A DNA stretch of 64,000 bases. Source: Naegleria gruberi (taxonomy: Eukaryota). This document shows, piece by piece, positions 1-11,274 of this stretch (positions are counted from its first letter, which is position 1; every line of letters starts with the position of its first letter). The position numbers and the translations under genes are program-made. The notes beneath the pieces were generated by a model. That model was not told the origin of the DNA. It was given only the letters and a program-made list of their open reading frames with translations, and did no database searches. The stretch lies in assembly GCA_000004985.1 (NCBI GenBank), contig GG738926.1. One strand, 5' to 3'.

Positions 1-1964
1 TTGAAGTAATATATGAAATTGATATTTCCTCCCACTCATCAGATGCTGTTTATAGAGCAAAATTGAAAACTACTGTCTTTGCTAAAGTTGTAATGGACTG
101 CTTTTATAATATTGCAGACCTTAACTCCACAAAGAAGGAAGGGAATTCATTTCGTGTTGTTTTGTTGATTATAGCCAAATTGTCTCACGTATCTCCTCTC
201 CACTATGATCTATTAATGAAGTTAATGGCACATGACTATGAACAGATCAAAAATACCCCTGACTCGACTGTGCTTTCTGCCAATGATATTTCGAAGTCTG
301 GAGAGATTGCCAACTCTAAATACTGTGGAAAATATGCATGGATAATTAAGCACAAAATATTGAGCATAATAAGTTCACTACTGAATGATGTTGCCGGACT
401 AGGAACAAATATGCAATTTGTTTCAGATTATTTTTATTATTTCAATTTCATTACTGAAATGTTGAAAAATGAATCTGAAATTGAATCAGGAAGTTTATTG
501 GGACAGCAGGCAATTATTACTGCAATTGAAACTATTTCATTGAATGCCAATTTAAATAGAGAAGAGTGTACAGTGCTTTCAGAACATGAATCGAACGTAT
601 TGAATTACTGCAAGAAGTTGATCTTCTCAAAAAATAGAAGATTAAGAAGACTGACTAATACCTATCTTGGTAAATTCTTTGACAAAACTGAATATTGTTC
701 TGATGATTTACTAAAATCAATTATTCAGTCTCATGAATTGGTTACTGATGATGTCACTGATTTTTGCGAGATGCTACAGGGAGTAGCTAAATGCTTTGGA
801 AATGATCATTCAATTGTTGGAGAATCAGTTTTGGAAAGCTTTGGATCATTAATTTACAAAATCTTTGAAATAGTATGTGTGGATGATAAAAAGAAATATT
901 TGCAAGATTCTAAAGATAAAGGTGAAGAAGGAATGATGAAAATTCATAAGAGAAATGTAGAAAAAGTATTTGAGTTACTTGAAGAAACCTATTCATTAAT
1001 TCAAAAACATATCCAACTTGAAGTACTTCTTACATATATGAAGAAAACAACAGAGGAACTGGTTGACAACGTTGGTGCTTTAGATACATCTATTCTTCCA
1101 TTATTTTCTCTAGTTCTTAATGAAATTTGTGTGTCAACCAAAACAGATGATTTAGTAGAATCGTTTGAAAAGCTTGGATATTATCAATTCCTAATTGAAT
1201 TCATAGAATTTTTCATTAATGAAGGAGAACATTTTTCACTTATTGAAGTTGGCCCAATATTCATTCTCATTGCATGTCTGAGTGATATTCAACTATTACA
1301 CACCAAATTTACAATAGATATGGTTAGTGAACACAAAATGCATGGAAAACAAAGTATTAGGAATTTTGTTTACGATTACCTCATTCCAATTATTATTAAG
1401 AGCTCCAATTTACCAATTGATATTCATGAATACATCGGAGGGGAACGCTACTTTTGTTATTTGGATAAAATTAGTGAATCTTACTACGCATGGAACAGAA
1501 TAATGTTGAATGATATTGCATACACTGGACGATGTCAGATACTGCCTTCAATTATTGATAGCTCAACAAAACGGATAAGGGAAGATCTCCAAACTCTATT
1601 AGGTTTAGAAAAGCCATTGACTGAAGAAGATGCTTTGGATGAAGCAATATCAAATGCAGTTATTACTTTGATACTACTAAATAGACACCAAATAGAAAAG
1701 GTAGCTGAAATTGTTATGCAATTCATGCCAGTAATATACAAGGATTCCTTTTATGAAATTATGGTGCACAGATATGGAAGGGTTAATATTTTAATCACAT
1801 TAATGGAAATAGTTGAATACTCAATGTATATTGGCATTTTCAAATTTAATTATTTAACAGAGGAGTGGATAATTGGTTTGCTTGAACAACCAATGAACAA
1901 TATCTATTTAAGAGCATTAATTCAAAGAGTTTTTGCTCACATTGAAATTTCGAATGCTTATTAG
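1..1964 (+). CDS. Hypothetical α-helical protein, 5'-partial. The ORF is open from window position 3 in the same frame, so the gene starts upstream of the window
   Basis: Frame 0 is open from nt 3 to the TAA at 1962-1964. The TTG at 63 is only the ORF-caller's pseudo-start. Codon usage is coding-like and the sequence is long and non-repetitive. No recognisable catalytic motifs. Confidence 0.5.
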   Translation, partial: EVIYEIDISSHSSDAVYRAKLKTTVFAKVVMDCFYNIADLNSTKKEGNSFRVVLLIIAKLSHVSPLHYDLLMKLMAHDYEQIKNTPDSTVLSANDISKSGEIANSKYCGKYAWIIKHKILSIISSLLNDVAGLGTNMQFVSDYFYYFNFITEMLKNESEIESGSLLGQQAIITAIETISLNANLNREECTVLSEHESNVLNYCKKLIFSKNRRLRRLTNTYLGKFFDKTEYCSDDLLKSIIQSHELVTDDVTDFCEMLQGVAKCFGNDHSIVGESVLESFGSLIYKIFEIVCVDDKKKYLQDSKDKGEEGMMKIHKRNVEKVFELLEETYSLIQKHIQLEVLLTYMKKTTEELVDNVGALDTSILPLFSLVLNEICVSTKTDDLVESFEKLGYYQFLIEFIEFFINEGEHFSLIEVGPIFILIACLSDIQLLHTKFTIDMVSEHKMHGKQSIRNFVYDYLIPIIIKSSNLPIDIHEYIGGERYFCYLDKISESYYAWNRIMLNDIAYTGRCQILPSIIDSSTKRIREDLQTLLGLEKPLTEEDALDEAISNAVITLILLNRHQIEKVAEIVMQFMPVIYKDSFYEIMVHRYGRVNILITLMEIVEYSMYIGIFKFNYLTEEWIIGLLEQPMNNIYLRALIQRVFAHIEISNAY

Positions 1965-2206
1965 AAATGCATCAAGGAAGTATTAGATTTTGTAAAAAAC
2001 CTTTCTTAAGCCACATATTTCCTAGATTTTCGATAAATTTTTAAATTAAAAAAAGTTTAAAAAAAAATTCAAAGACTTTTTCTCTTCTTTTGAATTCACC
2101 GTAATTCTTTAATTTGCTCTCGTTTCTTCTTACCTGGCAAAAAGCAAACCATCCAACTACAACACTTCAACCACATCCACCATTTCTTTGTAGCTTTCTA
2201 TAGAAA

Positions 2207-3202
2207 ATGTACACTAATGAAAATACCTTTAGCGACAATACTGATGAAGAATTGTTTGACTTTAATTTTGGTTTTCCGTTAACTCATGATGATGAACAAG
2301 TATTGTCAACAACCACTGAATATTTAGGTAGCTTCCAACAACAAAAAGAACATTTACAAGAAGATTTTTCAACAACTTCAGTTGATTCTGTCTTTGTTGA
2401 TGATCAAGATTTGGTTGATGGTTTTGCTGCTTTGGAGCAACAAGAAGCTCAACTTATGAGCAATTTGCATGCTTTTGTCTCCATGTATTCTACAGTAGAG
2501 ATGGATATTCTTGTTGATCAATATTCATTAGCTTCACCAACAACAAGAACTTTCCTCAGTCTTGATCAAAACACTTCTCCTGAAAGTGTTGTCGATCAAG
2601 TTGTTATTGGCAAGAAGTCTTCCAAAGACATCTCCAAAGGAAAGTTTGAACACTCTTCGTTTGTGGAAAAGAGAACCAAGAAGGCAAAGAAATCAGAAGA
2701 GCAATCGATCAAGAAACGTGCAAAGAAGTCTTCTCCTGATTTATGGGAACACACAAAATTCTCTGAGAGTGCACCTTACTTTGAGATTGTCACTGATGTG
2801 AAGGAGATGGAGCTGATTCTTGAAGTAGCTCAAACAAAACGAAGACAAAATGGTCCACTAAATTCAGATAAGAATGATATTGTCCATTACTGTGATTTGT
2901 CGTACAAGATTGAACAATTGGATATCAACAAGGTAAATTATGTTTCCCTTAAAGGTTTACTTGATAAGAAGACCATTTACAATGGTGAAAAGTCATCCAA
3001 AAGTTATACATGGATTAGATTGAAGGGTACGTCAGAGTACTTCTTTTTATATTGCCAAACTGGCAAAACCAATGCTGTTCATAACATCATGTCAATCAAC
3101 AATACTGAACTGGTCAGTACAAGATCTGACCATCTCTCTAAATATTCTGCAAAATGTTCTGACACTGTCAGAATCATAGGTCCAAAACAAACCAAGTACT
3201 AA
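2207..3202 (+). CDS. Hypothetical protein with an acidic N-terminus and a Lys-rich bipartite NLS-like stretch; possibly a nuclear regulator
   Basis: ATG at 2207 and 331 codons. Acidic D/E-rich N-terminus, then a KK..KRTKKAKK..KKRAKK block, then a C-terminal globular part. No family assignment is possible by eye. Confidence 0.5.
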   Translation: MYTNENTFSDNTDEELFDFNFGFPLTHDDEQVLSTTTEYLGSFQQQKEHLQEDFSTTSVDSVFVDDQDLVDGFAALEQQEAQLMSNLHAFVSMYSTVEMDILVDQYSLASPTTRTFLSLDQNTSPESVVDQVVIGKKSSKDISKGKFEHSSFVEKRTKKAKKSEEQSIKKRAKKSSPDLWEHTKFSESAPYFEIVTDVKEMELILEVAQTKRRQNGPLNSDKNDIVHYCDLSYKIEQLDINKVNYVSLKGLLDKKTIYNGEKSSKSYTWIRLKGTSEYFFLYCQTGKTNAVHNIMSINNTELVSTRSDHLSKYSAKCSDTVRIIGPKQTKY

Positions 3203-3935
3203 CCTACCTGGTTTGCTATGAACCTCGCAAGCGAATACTTAATTTCCCTCAATATTACTCTCAGTATCATACATAAGGATTCACCCATCTTATGTGTGAT
3301 ATTGCTGTGATACGGATTGGAAAATAAGGTTTCTATTGCGAATTGAATTCAATCATTGTTTTAATAATTAAATAAAATTCTTTGTAAATAACATAATTAA
3401 ATTTAATACTCGGATCAGCATTGAAATTAATCATTTAAAAATTCAATAATTCAATGATGTTAAGGGTGGAACAAGTTTTATTATTACATTCTTTGCACGT
3501 TTCTTCAAAAAAGGATGATGAAAATCCACCTTTGAACAACGTGATTTCCAACCTCACGTTTCATCCATTTCAATCCTGCACCTAAAGTGATGATTTCAAA
3601 GCTTTAAAGAAGGTTACGTTCCTTCATCAAAGCCTAAAAAAACAACACAAAAACAATTCGAAAAGTTCTTTCAATACAATAATAACGGCCGTTATTAGGA
3701 GGCTCCTATTGATTCAGGAAATTCATTTTGTTATATAGATAATATATATTAGTGTGAATTGAAAACGGACGTTAATCATTTTACATTCATCATCACATTT
3801 GGGAAAATTAAATTATAAAAGTTGATAAATCACTTCCGATTATTCATCATCATCATCAGTGTAAATAGTAACACCACCAAATAATTGTAGTATATAATAG
3901 TAGTATTTAAAATAGTATATTAATAATAATTGAAA

Positions 3936-5141
3936 ATGCTCAATACAACACTTCATAAACAGAAAAAGAAGGTGAGCAAGAAATCTCAACCTAAAATTCA
4001 CCAAATTACCATCTCTAAATATATCAATGATAAATATGCTCTAAAATCTGTTGAATTGGGAACTGGTTCCTTTGGGGATGTTTATTTGGGAGAGGAAACA
4101 GATCCGATCACTAGAAAGAAGAGAGATGTGGCTATTAAGAGAGTGAGATTGGAAAGATATGGTCCTGAACATTTCAAATATTTGGTGGCAGAAATTGAAA
4201 TTATGGCTGGTTGTCAAAATGAGTTTGTCATGTCACTTGTTGATAAAATTGAAATTCCAAGAAAGGAACTCTATTTGGTAATGGACTTGTGTGAGGCAAA
4301 TTTTAAATATTACATGAATAATGCACGAAAGAGGAGGCAAGATAAGAGATTGCCTTTACTTTCAGAGAAGGAAATTCAATATTGGATAAAACAAATTAGT
4401 AGTGGATTGGGATATTTACATTTGGAAAAGAAGATTTGCCATCGTGATATTAAACCACATAATTTGCTACTCAAGAAAAAGGGTCACGAAGTTGCTTTTG
4501 ATTTCTATGCCAAGATTGGAAATTATGATGAATATACCATTCTGATTAGTGACTTTGGTCTTTCCAAAGTGTTGGATAGCAATCCAATTGCAGAGACAAT
4601 TCTTGGAACTCAATGTTATAGATCTCCACAGCTGGCACTCTTCCAACCATACTCATTCGATGCAGATATATTTGCTTTGGGTGTGGTGCTGTTTGAAATG
4701 ATTGCTGGTTACTGCTTGTTTGGTGCTCAAGTTACTAATCCAAAGCCAAAATATGGTGAAATTATTAGTACTTTAACAGAGAATATTGACTGGAGCTTTT
4801 TATCTGATGCACTTGATATTTCTCCAGAGCTGGTAGATCTTCTCTCTGGCATGTTACAATTTGAAGTGGAGAAACGTTTGAATATTGAACAAATTTTGCA
4901 ACATCCCTTCCTTAATATGGATTTTTCAGAAAGTGAAGTTACTACTACCAGGTCATTCCATCTGAAACTATACCAACTGTATCATATATTGAAATTCCTC
5001 TTACTACCACTACTACAACTGACAATGATTCTCCAAACAACTCAACTCAACAACAGCAACAAGTTCCTGTACAAATTATACTACCAACCAGCGAGGAAGA
5101 AAAAGAAAAAGAATTGCCAGTTAACGAACCAATCCAAGTAA
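3936..5141 (+). CDS. Serine/threonine protein kinase
   Basis: Motifs seen: Gly-loop LGTGSFGDVYLG, VAIK lysine, HRDIKPHNLLL catalytic loop, DFGLSK, and GTxxYRSPQ in the activation segment. The true ATG is at 3936; the TTG at 3930 is an ORF-caller artefact. The ORF stops at 5141, but frame +2 is open from 4937 into ORF 5114..5611 (see findings). Confidence 0.8.
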   Translation: MLNTTLHKQKKKVSKKSQPKIHQITISKYINDKYALKSVELGTGSFGDVYLGEETDPITRKKRDVAIKRVRLERYGPEHFKYLVAEIEIMAGCQNEFVMSLVDKIEIPRKELYLVMDLCEANFKYYMNNARKRRQDKRLPLLSEKEIQYWIKQISSGLGYLHLEKKICHRDIKPHNLLLKKKGHEVAFDFYAKIGNYDEYTILISDFGLSKVLDSNPIAETILGTQCYRSPQLALFQPYSFDADIFALGVVLFEMIAGYCLFGAQVTNPKPKYGEIISTLTENIDWSFLSDALDISPELVDLLSGMLQFEVEKRLNIEQILQHPFLNMDFSESEVTTTRSFHLKLYQLYHILKFLLLPLLQLTMILQTTQLNNSNKFLYKLYYQPARKKKKKNCQLTNQSK

Positions 5142-5611
5142 TACAGTTGGAACGTGATGAGCCAACTCCTACAACCTTTTCAGAATTTGTCTCCTTCTCC
5201 TATGAAAGAGTTGGACTGCCCCAAGATTATACACGAGTAAGCATTATCAAGGATGAGATTGGTTGTGAACCTGCCCTTGTTAAAACTGAAAAAATTTCCA
5301 AGAGCAAACACTCCAAAGTTCTCATTCTTCTCAGCAGTGACAGCAACAAGGCAATTAATTATTCAATCAAGGTACTAGAGTCGCCAGTCAAACACACACA
5401 AACAGGAACAGTTTCTTCTACTGTGGAATATGAATTGGAGAATATTGAAATGGAAATGATTACTCTAGAGTTTGAATTTACTCATTCTCTCACCAACAGA
5501 TGGCTTTCTTATTTCACAACTCCAGAACAGATTCCATTCACTATTGAAATTTATGTTCAATCGAGAATTCCAGAACATACCTCAACTCTTTCTATTGAAT
5601 CAATCAATTAA
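5114..5611 (+). CDS. Possible C-terminal tail of the kinase at 3936 (T/Q/E-rich low-complexity, then a globular region), reachable only through a frameshift or unconventional splice
   Basis: The frame of this ORF is open back to nt 4937, overlapping the kinase ORF by about 200 nt with no stop. No ATG start; the caller's TTG pseudo-start is at 5114. Confidence 0.3.
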   Translation: MPVNEPIQVIQLERDEPTPTTFSEFVSFSYERVGLPQDYTRVSIIKDEIGCEPALVKTEKISKSKHSKVLILLSSDSNKAINYSIKVLESPVKHTQTGTVSSTVEYELENIEMEMITLEFEFTHSLTNRWLSYFTTPEQIPFTIEIYVQSRIPEHTSTLSIESIN

Positions 5612-5933
5612 AATTATTTGTGACTCTTTCAGAATTGTGAAATTGAGAAATTTGTATGAGAACAATTAGGATAAATGTAAATTTGCAGTTGTTAACTATC
5701 CAACGCCTACTGACCTTTCTTTTTCAATAGCAAAGTTTATAAAGTACAAGTTTACAACATGTTCCTTTGCTTACGGTTTCAATTAGAAACCATTCGAAAT
5801 TAGATGAATTCAACTCATTCATTTTAGAAGAATGTTCTCTTAACTTCCCAAGGGCGCCATCAATTAAAACAAAAAAACCTTCAAATAACAAAGACATGCT
5901 CACCTGTCAACATTCAAAAAACAACAAAAAAAA

Positions 5934-6746
5934 ATGTCACTACGGGACACTATGCGTGAATATAGAAAGGCCACTTTCACCATCTTTGCAGGAATTGGCC
6001 TCATTATCTTTGGATTCATCGTTGGATTCGTCAGTATTGCCCTGGGAGTCCTCTTCCTCTACACTCCAAGTGATTATTCGTATTCGTCTTCCAAATCCGA
6101 TTCTGAACTATTTAAATGGGCTGTGAGTGCTGGTGCATTTGGATTTTGTTGTATCATTGCTGGATATTCAATGATTGGAGGTGGATGCAGAATGTGTTTC
6201 TCAAGTTGTTCCGAATGTTGTTCGAATGGATGTGGACGAATGGATTGTAGTGATTTTGAGTGTTGTGATTGTGGGTCATGTTGCTCAGATTATTGTTGGA
6301 GTTTGGGAGAAATGATGAAGAGTTGTTGTGGATGTTGTGTTGGAAAGGTAGCAGAGAATCAAGTTTCGTATAATATGGATTCGTATGAGGCGAGTCGTCA
6401 GGAACATACTATTGTGCATTTGGTGTATGAAAATAATGAAACGAAGGAGGAAATTCCATTGGAAGTTCTTCAAATGCAACAACAACAATTATCAGTGCAA
6501 CCAATTCATGCTGCAGATGTGAAAATTCAAAATCCAAACGTTCCAGCTGAAGATTCTGATAATAATTATTCGAATGATCATCAATATGGTGGATTTAGTG
6601 GAGTTGTTGCACCACCTATTCAAGAAGAACCAACTGTTTCTTCTGCATTTGTGCAAGTTGGCATAGTTGACCAAGCAATGGTTGAATATCATAGATCTGA
6701 ATCTAATAATGAAGTGATGGAAATCAATGCTCCAACACAAGTTTAA
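5934..6746 (+). CDS. Cysteine-rich two-pass membrane protein
   Basis: ATG at 5934. Two hydrophobic helices (IFAGIGLIIFGFIVGFVSIALGVLFLY and AVSAGAFGFCCIIAGYSMIGG) are followed by a CC/CxxC-dense segment (CRMCFSSCSECCSNGCGRMDCSDFECCDCGSCCSDYCW..CCGCC) and an acidic tail. The overlapping ORF 5767..6126 in another frame is judged spurious. Confidence 0.55.
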   Translation: MSLRDTMREYRKATFTIFAGIGLIIFGFIVGFVSIALGVLFLYTPSDYSYSSSKSDSELFKWAVSAGAFGFCCIIAGYSMIGGGCRMCFSSCSECCSNGCGRMDCSDFECCDCGSCCSDYCWSLGEMMKSCCGCCVGKVAENQVSYNMDSYEASRQEHTIVHLVYENNETKEEIPLEVLQMQQQQLSVQPIHAADVKIQNPNVPAEDSDNNYSNDHQYGGFSGVVAPPIQEEPTVSSAFVQVGIVDQAMVEYHRSESNNEVMEINAPTQV

Positions 6747-6781
6747 ATTTCATAAAATCTTAATATCAGGAAATAATTTTT

Positions 6782-7744
6782 TTATTGATCTAGAATTGTA
6801 ACTGAATCATTGGCATTAAACACATTGAGGTGAAGATAATAAGTGTTAGGAGGGAGGTTTTGCCATTCTTCATATTTGCCAGTATTCAAATTTGTAATTT
6901 TCAAAGTGTTTTTGCTGCAATCGAGGTCAACTTGGATAATATGTCCAACAGCCCAATCATTTGATGCAGTGGTTGAGGAGCTTGAACAGTCAGTAAATTT
7001 TTGATTTCTACTTGAAATACCAAAATTATTTGGTTGCTCGAACGAGTTTTGATAATCAGTTAACGGCTTACTTGCTACACCAACCATAATCCAATGGGAA
7101 GTTGATGCAAAATGATTCATTCTGAGCTTCCAAGTTCGTTTTCCACTGGAAATACCATCACTACCAAGTGCACAAGTATTACCTGTTTGAGAAGCAGTTG
7201 CCGTCTTGTTATTATCAGACAAGTCAGTATAGGGTCCTTTAAGATTCATATCAAATGTATCAGCAATGCCATTTCGTTCCTGATCAGCCGATTCATCAGA
7301 AAACATTTCAGAGATCAAATAATAATCTGCCTCCTCTCTCAACAAATCTCTTTTAGATTTATCGAGTGCTGATAAATCAACCTTTCCATATCTCATAAAA
7401 TCCAAAACATAGTGAAATAGTTTAGGATTTCTATCAATGAAATAGGATCCGTCCTCATCAGGCAACCATTTTCCACTCGAAATCATTGCATAAAAGAAGG
7501 TATCCTTCTTTGATAGCAATGTTTCCCTGCTCGTTTTAAAAATCTTTCCTCCGACATCCAATTTAATTGTGGATTTTGCCTTGTTGGCATTTTCTTCCAT
7601 TAATTTTTCCTTCTCCGACCATTCTTGCTCCAATTTTAAAAGATGGGAAATTCGTTCCTCAATGGAAAGTTGTGCAGCGAGAAGTTGTTTGGCGCCTTGA
7701 TCGAGTTGGTTTTTGAGAGATTCGTATGACGAGTTGTTGGACAT
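6782..7744 (-). CDS. BTB/POZ protein (T1 / K+-channel-tetramerisation, KCTD-type) with an N-terminal coiled coil and an uncharacterised C-terminal domain
   Basis: ATG at 7744 (MSNNSS). Motif IKLDVGGKIFKTSRETLLSKKDTFFYAMISSGKWLPDEDGSYFIDRNPKLFHYVLDFMRYGKVDL is a classic BTB_2/T1 domain. Confidence 0.7.
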   Translation of the reverse strand: MSNNSSYESLKNQLDQGAKQLLAAQLSIEERISHLLKLEQEWSEKEKLMEENANKAKSTIKLDVGGKIFKTSRETLLSKKDTFFYAMISSGKWLPDEDGSYFIDRNPKLFHYVLDFMRYGKVDLSALDKSKRDLLREEADYYLISEMFSDESADQERNGIADTFDMNLKGPYTDLSDNNKTATASQTGNTCALGSDGISSGKRTWKLRMNHFASTSHWIMVGVASKPLTDYQNSFEQPNNFGISSRNQKFTDCSSSSTTASNDWAVGHIIQVDLDCSKNTLKITNLNTGKYEEWQNLPPNTYYLHLNVFNANDSVTILDQ

Positions 7745-7913
7745 TTTTTTTTTTGAACAGAAAAGAATTCTATAAATAATTCACAAATTACGATGGGAAT
7801 TGGTAAATTGGACAAGAAGTTGTGAAAAGAAGAAGATAATTTTATATTTAATGTTTATTATTTGGTATTGAAATTAGTTTTCAATTTTTTATTAGAAAGT
7901 TCTGTTAAAAAAA

Positions 7914-10900
7914 ATGAAACTATTAAACTTGTTTATTTTTCTAATATTATTTCCCACACTAATTTATTCATCATCCGCAGAGGATACGAGAAATTATTCC
8001 AGCTCATCCATTAATAATTCGAATAATTTTCCTTCATCCTCTTTGAAAACTAATGTTGTTAACTATTCGAAAGGAATTAATTTACAAATAATTTATTACA
8101 TTAATTCTGATGATGTCAAATATCAGAATACAACTTGTCAAGACGAAAGTCATCCATGTTCAGATATGAACCAAGTGATCTTGGCAGCAAATACGAAACT
8201 ATTCGAAATATTTCATGAAAATGATCAAACTAAATTAGATTCTTTTACAATGATTGTCATGATTGATTCGAAATTGGAATGTAACAAACTGCTCTTTGAT
8301 TTTTCAAATTATACGAAACGATTCGAAATGAGGTGGAAAGGATACGAAAATGGTTTATTCTCTGCTTGTCTAAATAGTTTAGATGAAAATTCCATTTTAG
8401 ATGCTTTCACTGTTGAGAATGGAAAGATTTCAGGCGAATTGAATAATAGATTAGGTATCAAGAATTTGGAAATTCGAAACTGTCACGATGGTGGAATGAT
8501 TTACTTTTATACTAAAATAGAAAATTTGCTGATTGCTGACAGTTTCTTTCATGAAGATACTGAAATAACTGAGATTACAAATGTACGAGTGGAAAATACG
8601 CAATTGGATGATTTTGAAATTGTTTCGAATGGAGCAAGTGTTGAAATTTCAAATTCTAAAATTCAAGGAATTGTTGATTTGCAGAATTTTAAATCATTTT
8701 CTATTCGAAACTCAATTTGGAAAAATAACCGAGTTCATGAGGATTATTCATCAACATTTAATTTAGGACAAGATGTTTCATTTGATAATGTAACAACTAA
8801 TGCTAAAATTGTGTTTATTTCAATCAAGTCAATCAAGATGAATGGGCTAATTGTACACAATTATGGAAACGGATATTTCTTGTATCAAATGATACGAGTT
8901 TCTCATTTCTATCTAAGCAACAGTTCGTTTGTGGGAAATTTCGTGCTCAACAACTATTTACTCTCCTTGCAAATAGTTGAATCTATACAAATTGAAAATT
9001 GTACAGTTTCTAATAATGTTGGAGGTTTCATCATGGTAACAGATGCTACTTTGATAATGGGACAGGTGAATATACGAATTAGTAAGAGTGTATTTCAATC
9101 CAACGAGATGCTGTCAGATATTGCTCTAATTGACATTGTGGATCAAACAAGAGAGATGTATTTTATCACAGTTGACCATTGTAAATTTTTGGAAAATACA
9201 GGAGAATCCACTTTACACATTGATGGAGGACTTGCCCAAATTTCCAATTCAGACTTCTACTTTAATATTGCAAACGAACATGGTACTGCATACTTGAATT
9301 GCTATGTTACAATTTCAAACTCTAAATTCATCGCTAATCAAGCCAAGTTAGGAGGAGCCATTTACATTGGTCCTGCTGGAAATATTGATGCATCTCAAAC
9401 AATTGATTTTACTTGTGATAATAATTGGGCAACCTACGCTGGAGGATGCATTTATTCAGAAAATTTGGATTTTTCAAAATTGAAACGCATGAATGGAACT
9501 AATATTGCTAAATATTATGGAAATGATGTGGCCACACCTATTGTGAGTCTGGATGCTACATTTGATGAGGTAGATTCTAATGGAAATATTGAGGTTTACC
9601 CAGGTCAAGCATTCCAAATTAATTTTTTCCCAAGAGACAAGTTCAATCAGAGCACCTCTTATTTATTGAATCAATATTTGTTTATCAATTCAGAAAAAGG
9701 TCATTTTACAATCTCTCAGAATTTTTTAGATGGAATCCATTCTATTCCAGTAGTTTTGCAAATATTTCCAATTGACGACTACAACCCATCATTGCCACCA
9801 CTTGTAATATTGATTTCTTCAAAAATTGAAATCAAAATTCCTGTAAATATTCTCCCATGTCCAGATAGTTCTTTCCTGAAATTATCTCAAAATGGACATT
9901 ACTGTGAACAAATTCCATTAGCAGCGATTCTGTCATCTGTAATTTTGGGAATTATTTTGATAACCATTATATTGGCAGCATTAATAGTGATAGCTAGGAA
10001 ATTATTGAAATTGAGAAAACAGGAACGTGCTGAAAAGAAAATGGAGCTATTGTTCAAAGATAAGGAATTTATATTCGAAACAGAACAAGCACCTCTATTA
10101 CTTTCTAATACCATCAACAGTAGTGATTCAGGTGAAAGTAGATCAATAATTGGAAACAGGCAACAATACATCATTCCAATTTCTGAAATTAATATTTTGA
10201 AAAGAATAGGAGAAGGTGGAATGGGTGTCGTATATCACGCGAAGTGGAATCGAACTGATGTTGCCATCAAACAATTGAAAACAGATTCCAATGATGAAGA
10301 ATTCGAAAATGAAGCAATTTTAATGAGCTCACTTCGACATCCATGTATTGTGAGCTGTTTTGGAGTTTCTCTGACAACCAATGGAAAATATATGATTGTA
10401 GAATATTTGGAAAATGGAAGTCTAGAAAAGGCAATTTATAATTCAAAGATGGGAAGAGCAATTTTGAGATTTGAAACCAAGTTGAAAATATTAACTGATG
10501 TTGCCAAAGGATTAGTTTATTTACATTCAATCAAACCTCATAGAATTATTCATAGGTATGTTTACTACTTTTATTGGAATAGATATTAATTATGGAATAG
10601 AGATTTGAAACCAGGAAATTTATTACTCGATAAGAATATGAATGCAAAAGTTGGGGATTTTGGATTGAGCAAAATTGTTTCGAATAATTCTGCAACAATG
10701 ACAGCAAATGTAGGAACTTTACTTTACATGGTAAGTCTAGATAATTTCACAAATTGAATTAAATTGTTATCAATTTAGGCGCCAGTAAGTAATTTCGAAA
10801 TTTAATTTATTAAAATTTCGAATATTTTACAATAGGAATTACTTTCGAATGATCACAAAGGTCAAAGTACAAAAGTGGACGTTTATTCATTTGGAATTAT

Positions 10901-11243
10901 TATGTGGGAAATTTTATTCGAAGAATCACCATTTTCAAATGAAATTGATGGTTTCACTAATGTTTTCCAAATATTGAAGAAAGTTACAAAAGGTCATCGA
11001 CCACCCTTACTATTCGAAACTAGTGCTTTATTGGAGGCAGATAGAAATCAGAAAGTTGATGAATGGATTGATCATAACTTTACAAAGAAACAAATCGAAA
11101 CTATTGGAAAGGAAAATATTTCTAAATTATATGAATCATATATAGAAATTATGGAACACTGTTGGAATCATGACGCATCTAAAAGACCTGAATTTATTGA
11201 AATTACAGATCAATTAGAAACCTTGCAATCGAACTTTGCTTAA
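7914..11243 (+). CDS. Receptor-like protein kinase: signal peptide, β-helix-like (pectin-lyase-fold-like) ectodomain, one TM helix, TKL-type kinase. Four exons
   Basis: Exons: 7914..10555, 10601..10730, 10779..10784 (6-nt microexon GCGCCA = Ala-Pro), 10836..11243. Introns: GTATGT..AATAG (45 nt), GTAAGT..TTTAG (48 nt), GTAAGT..AATAG (51 nt). Signal peptide [24 protein letters not shown] helix [26 protein letters not shown] (~9918..9990). Kinase motifs [19 protein letters not shown]|DLKPGN (split by intron 1), DFGLSK, YM-AP-ELL, DVYSFG. Confidence 0.75.
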
Positions 11244-11274
11244 TTTCCTTTTCCAATCTTTTTTCAAAGGTTTA

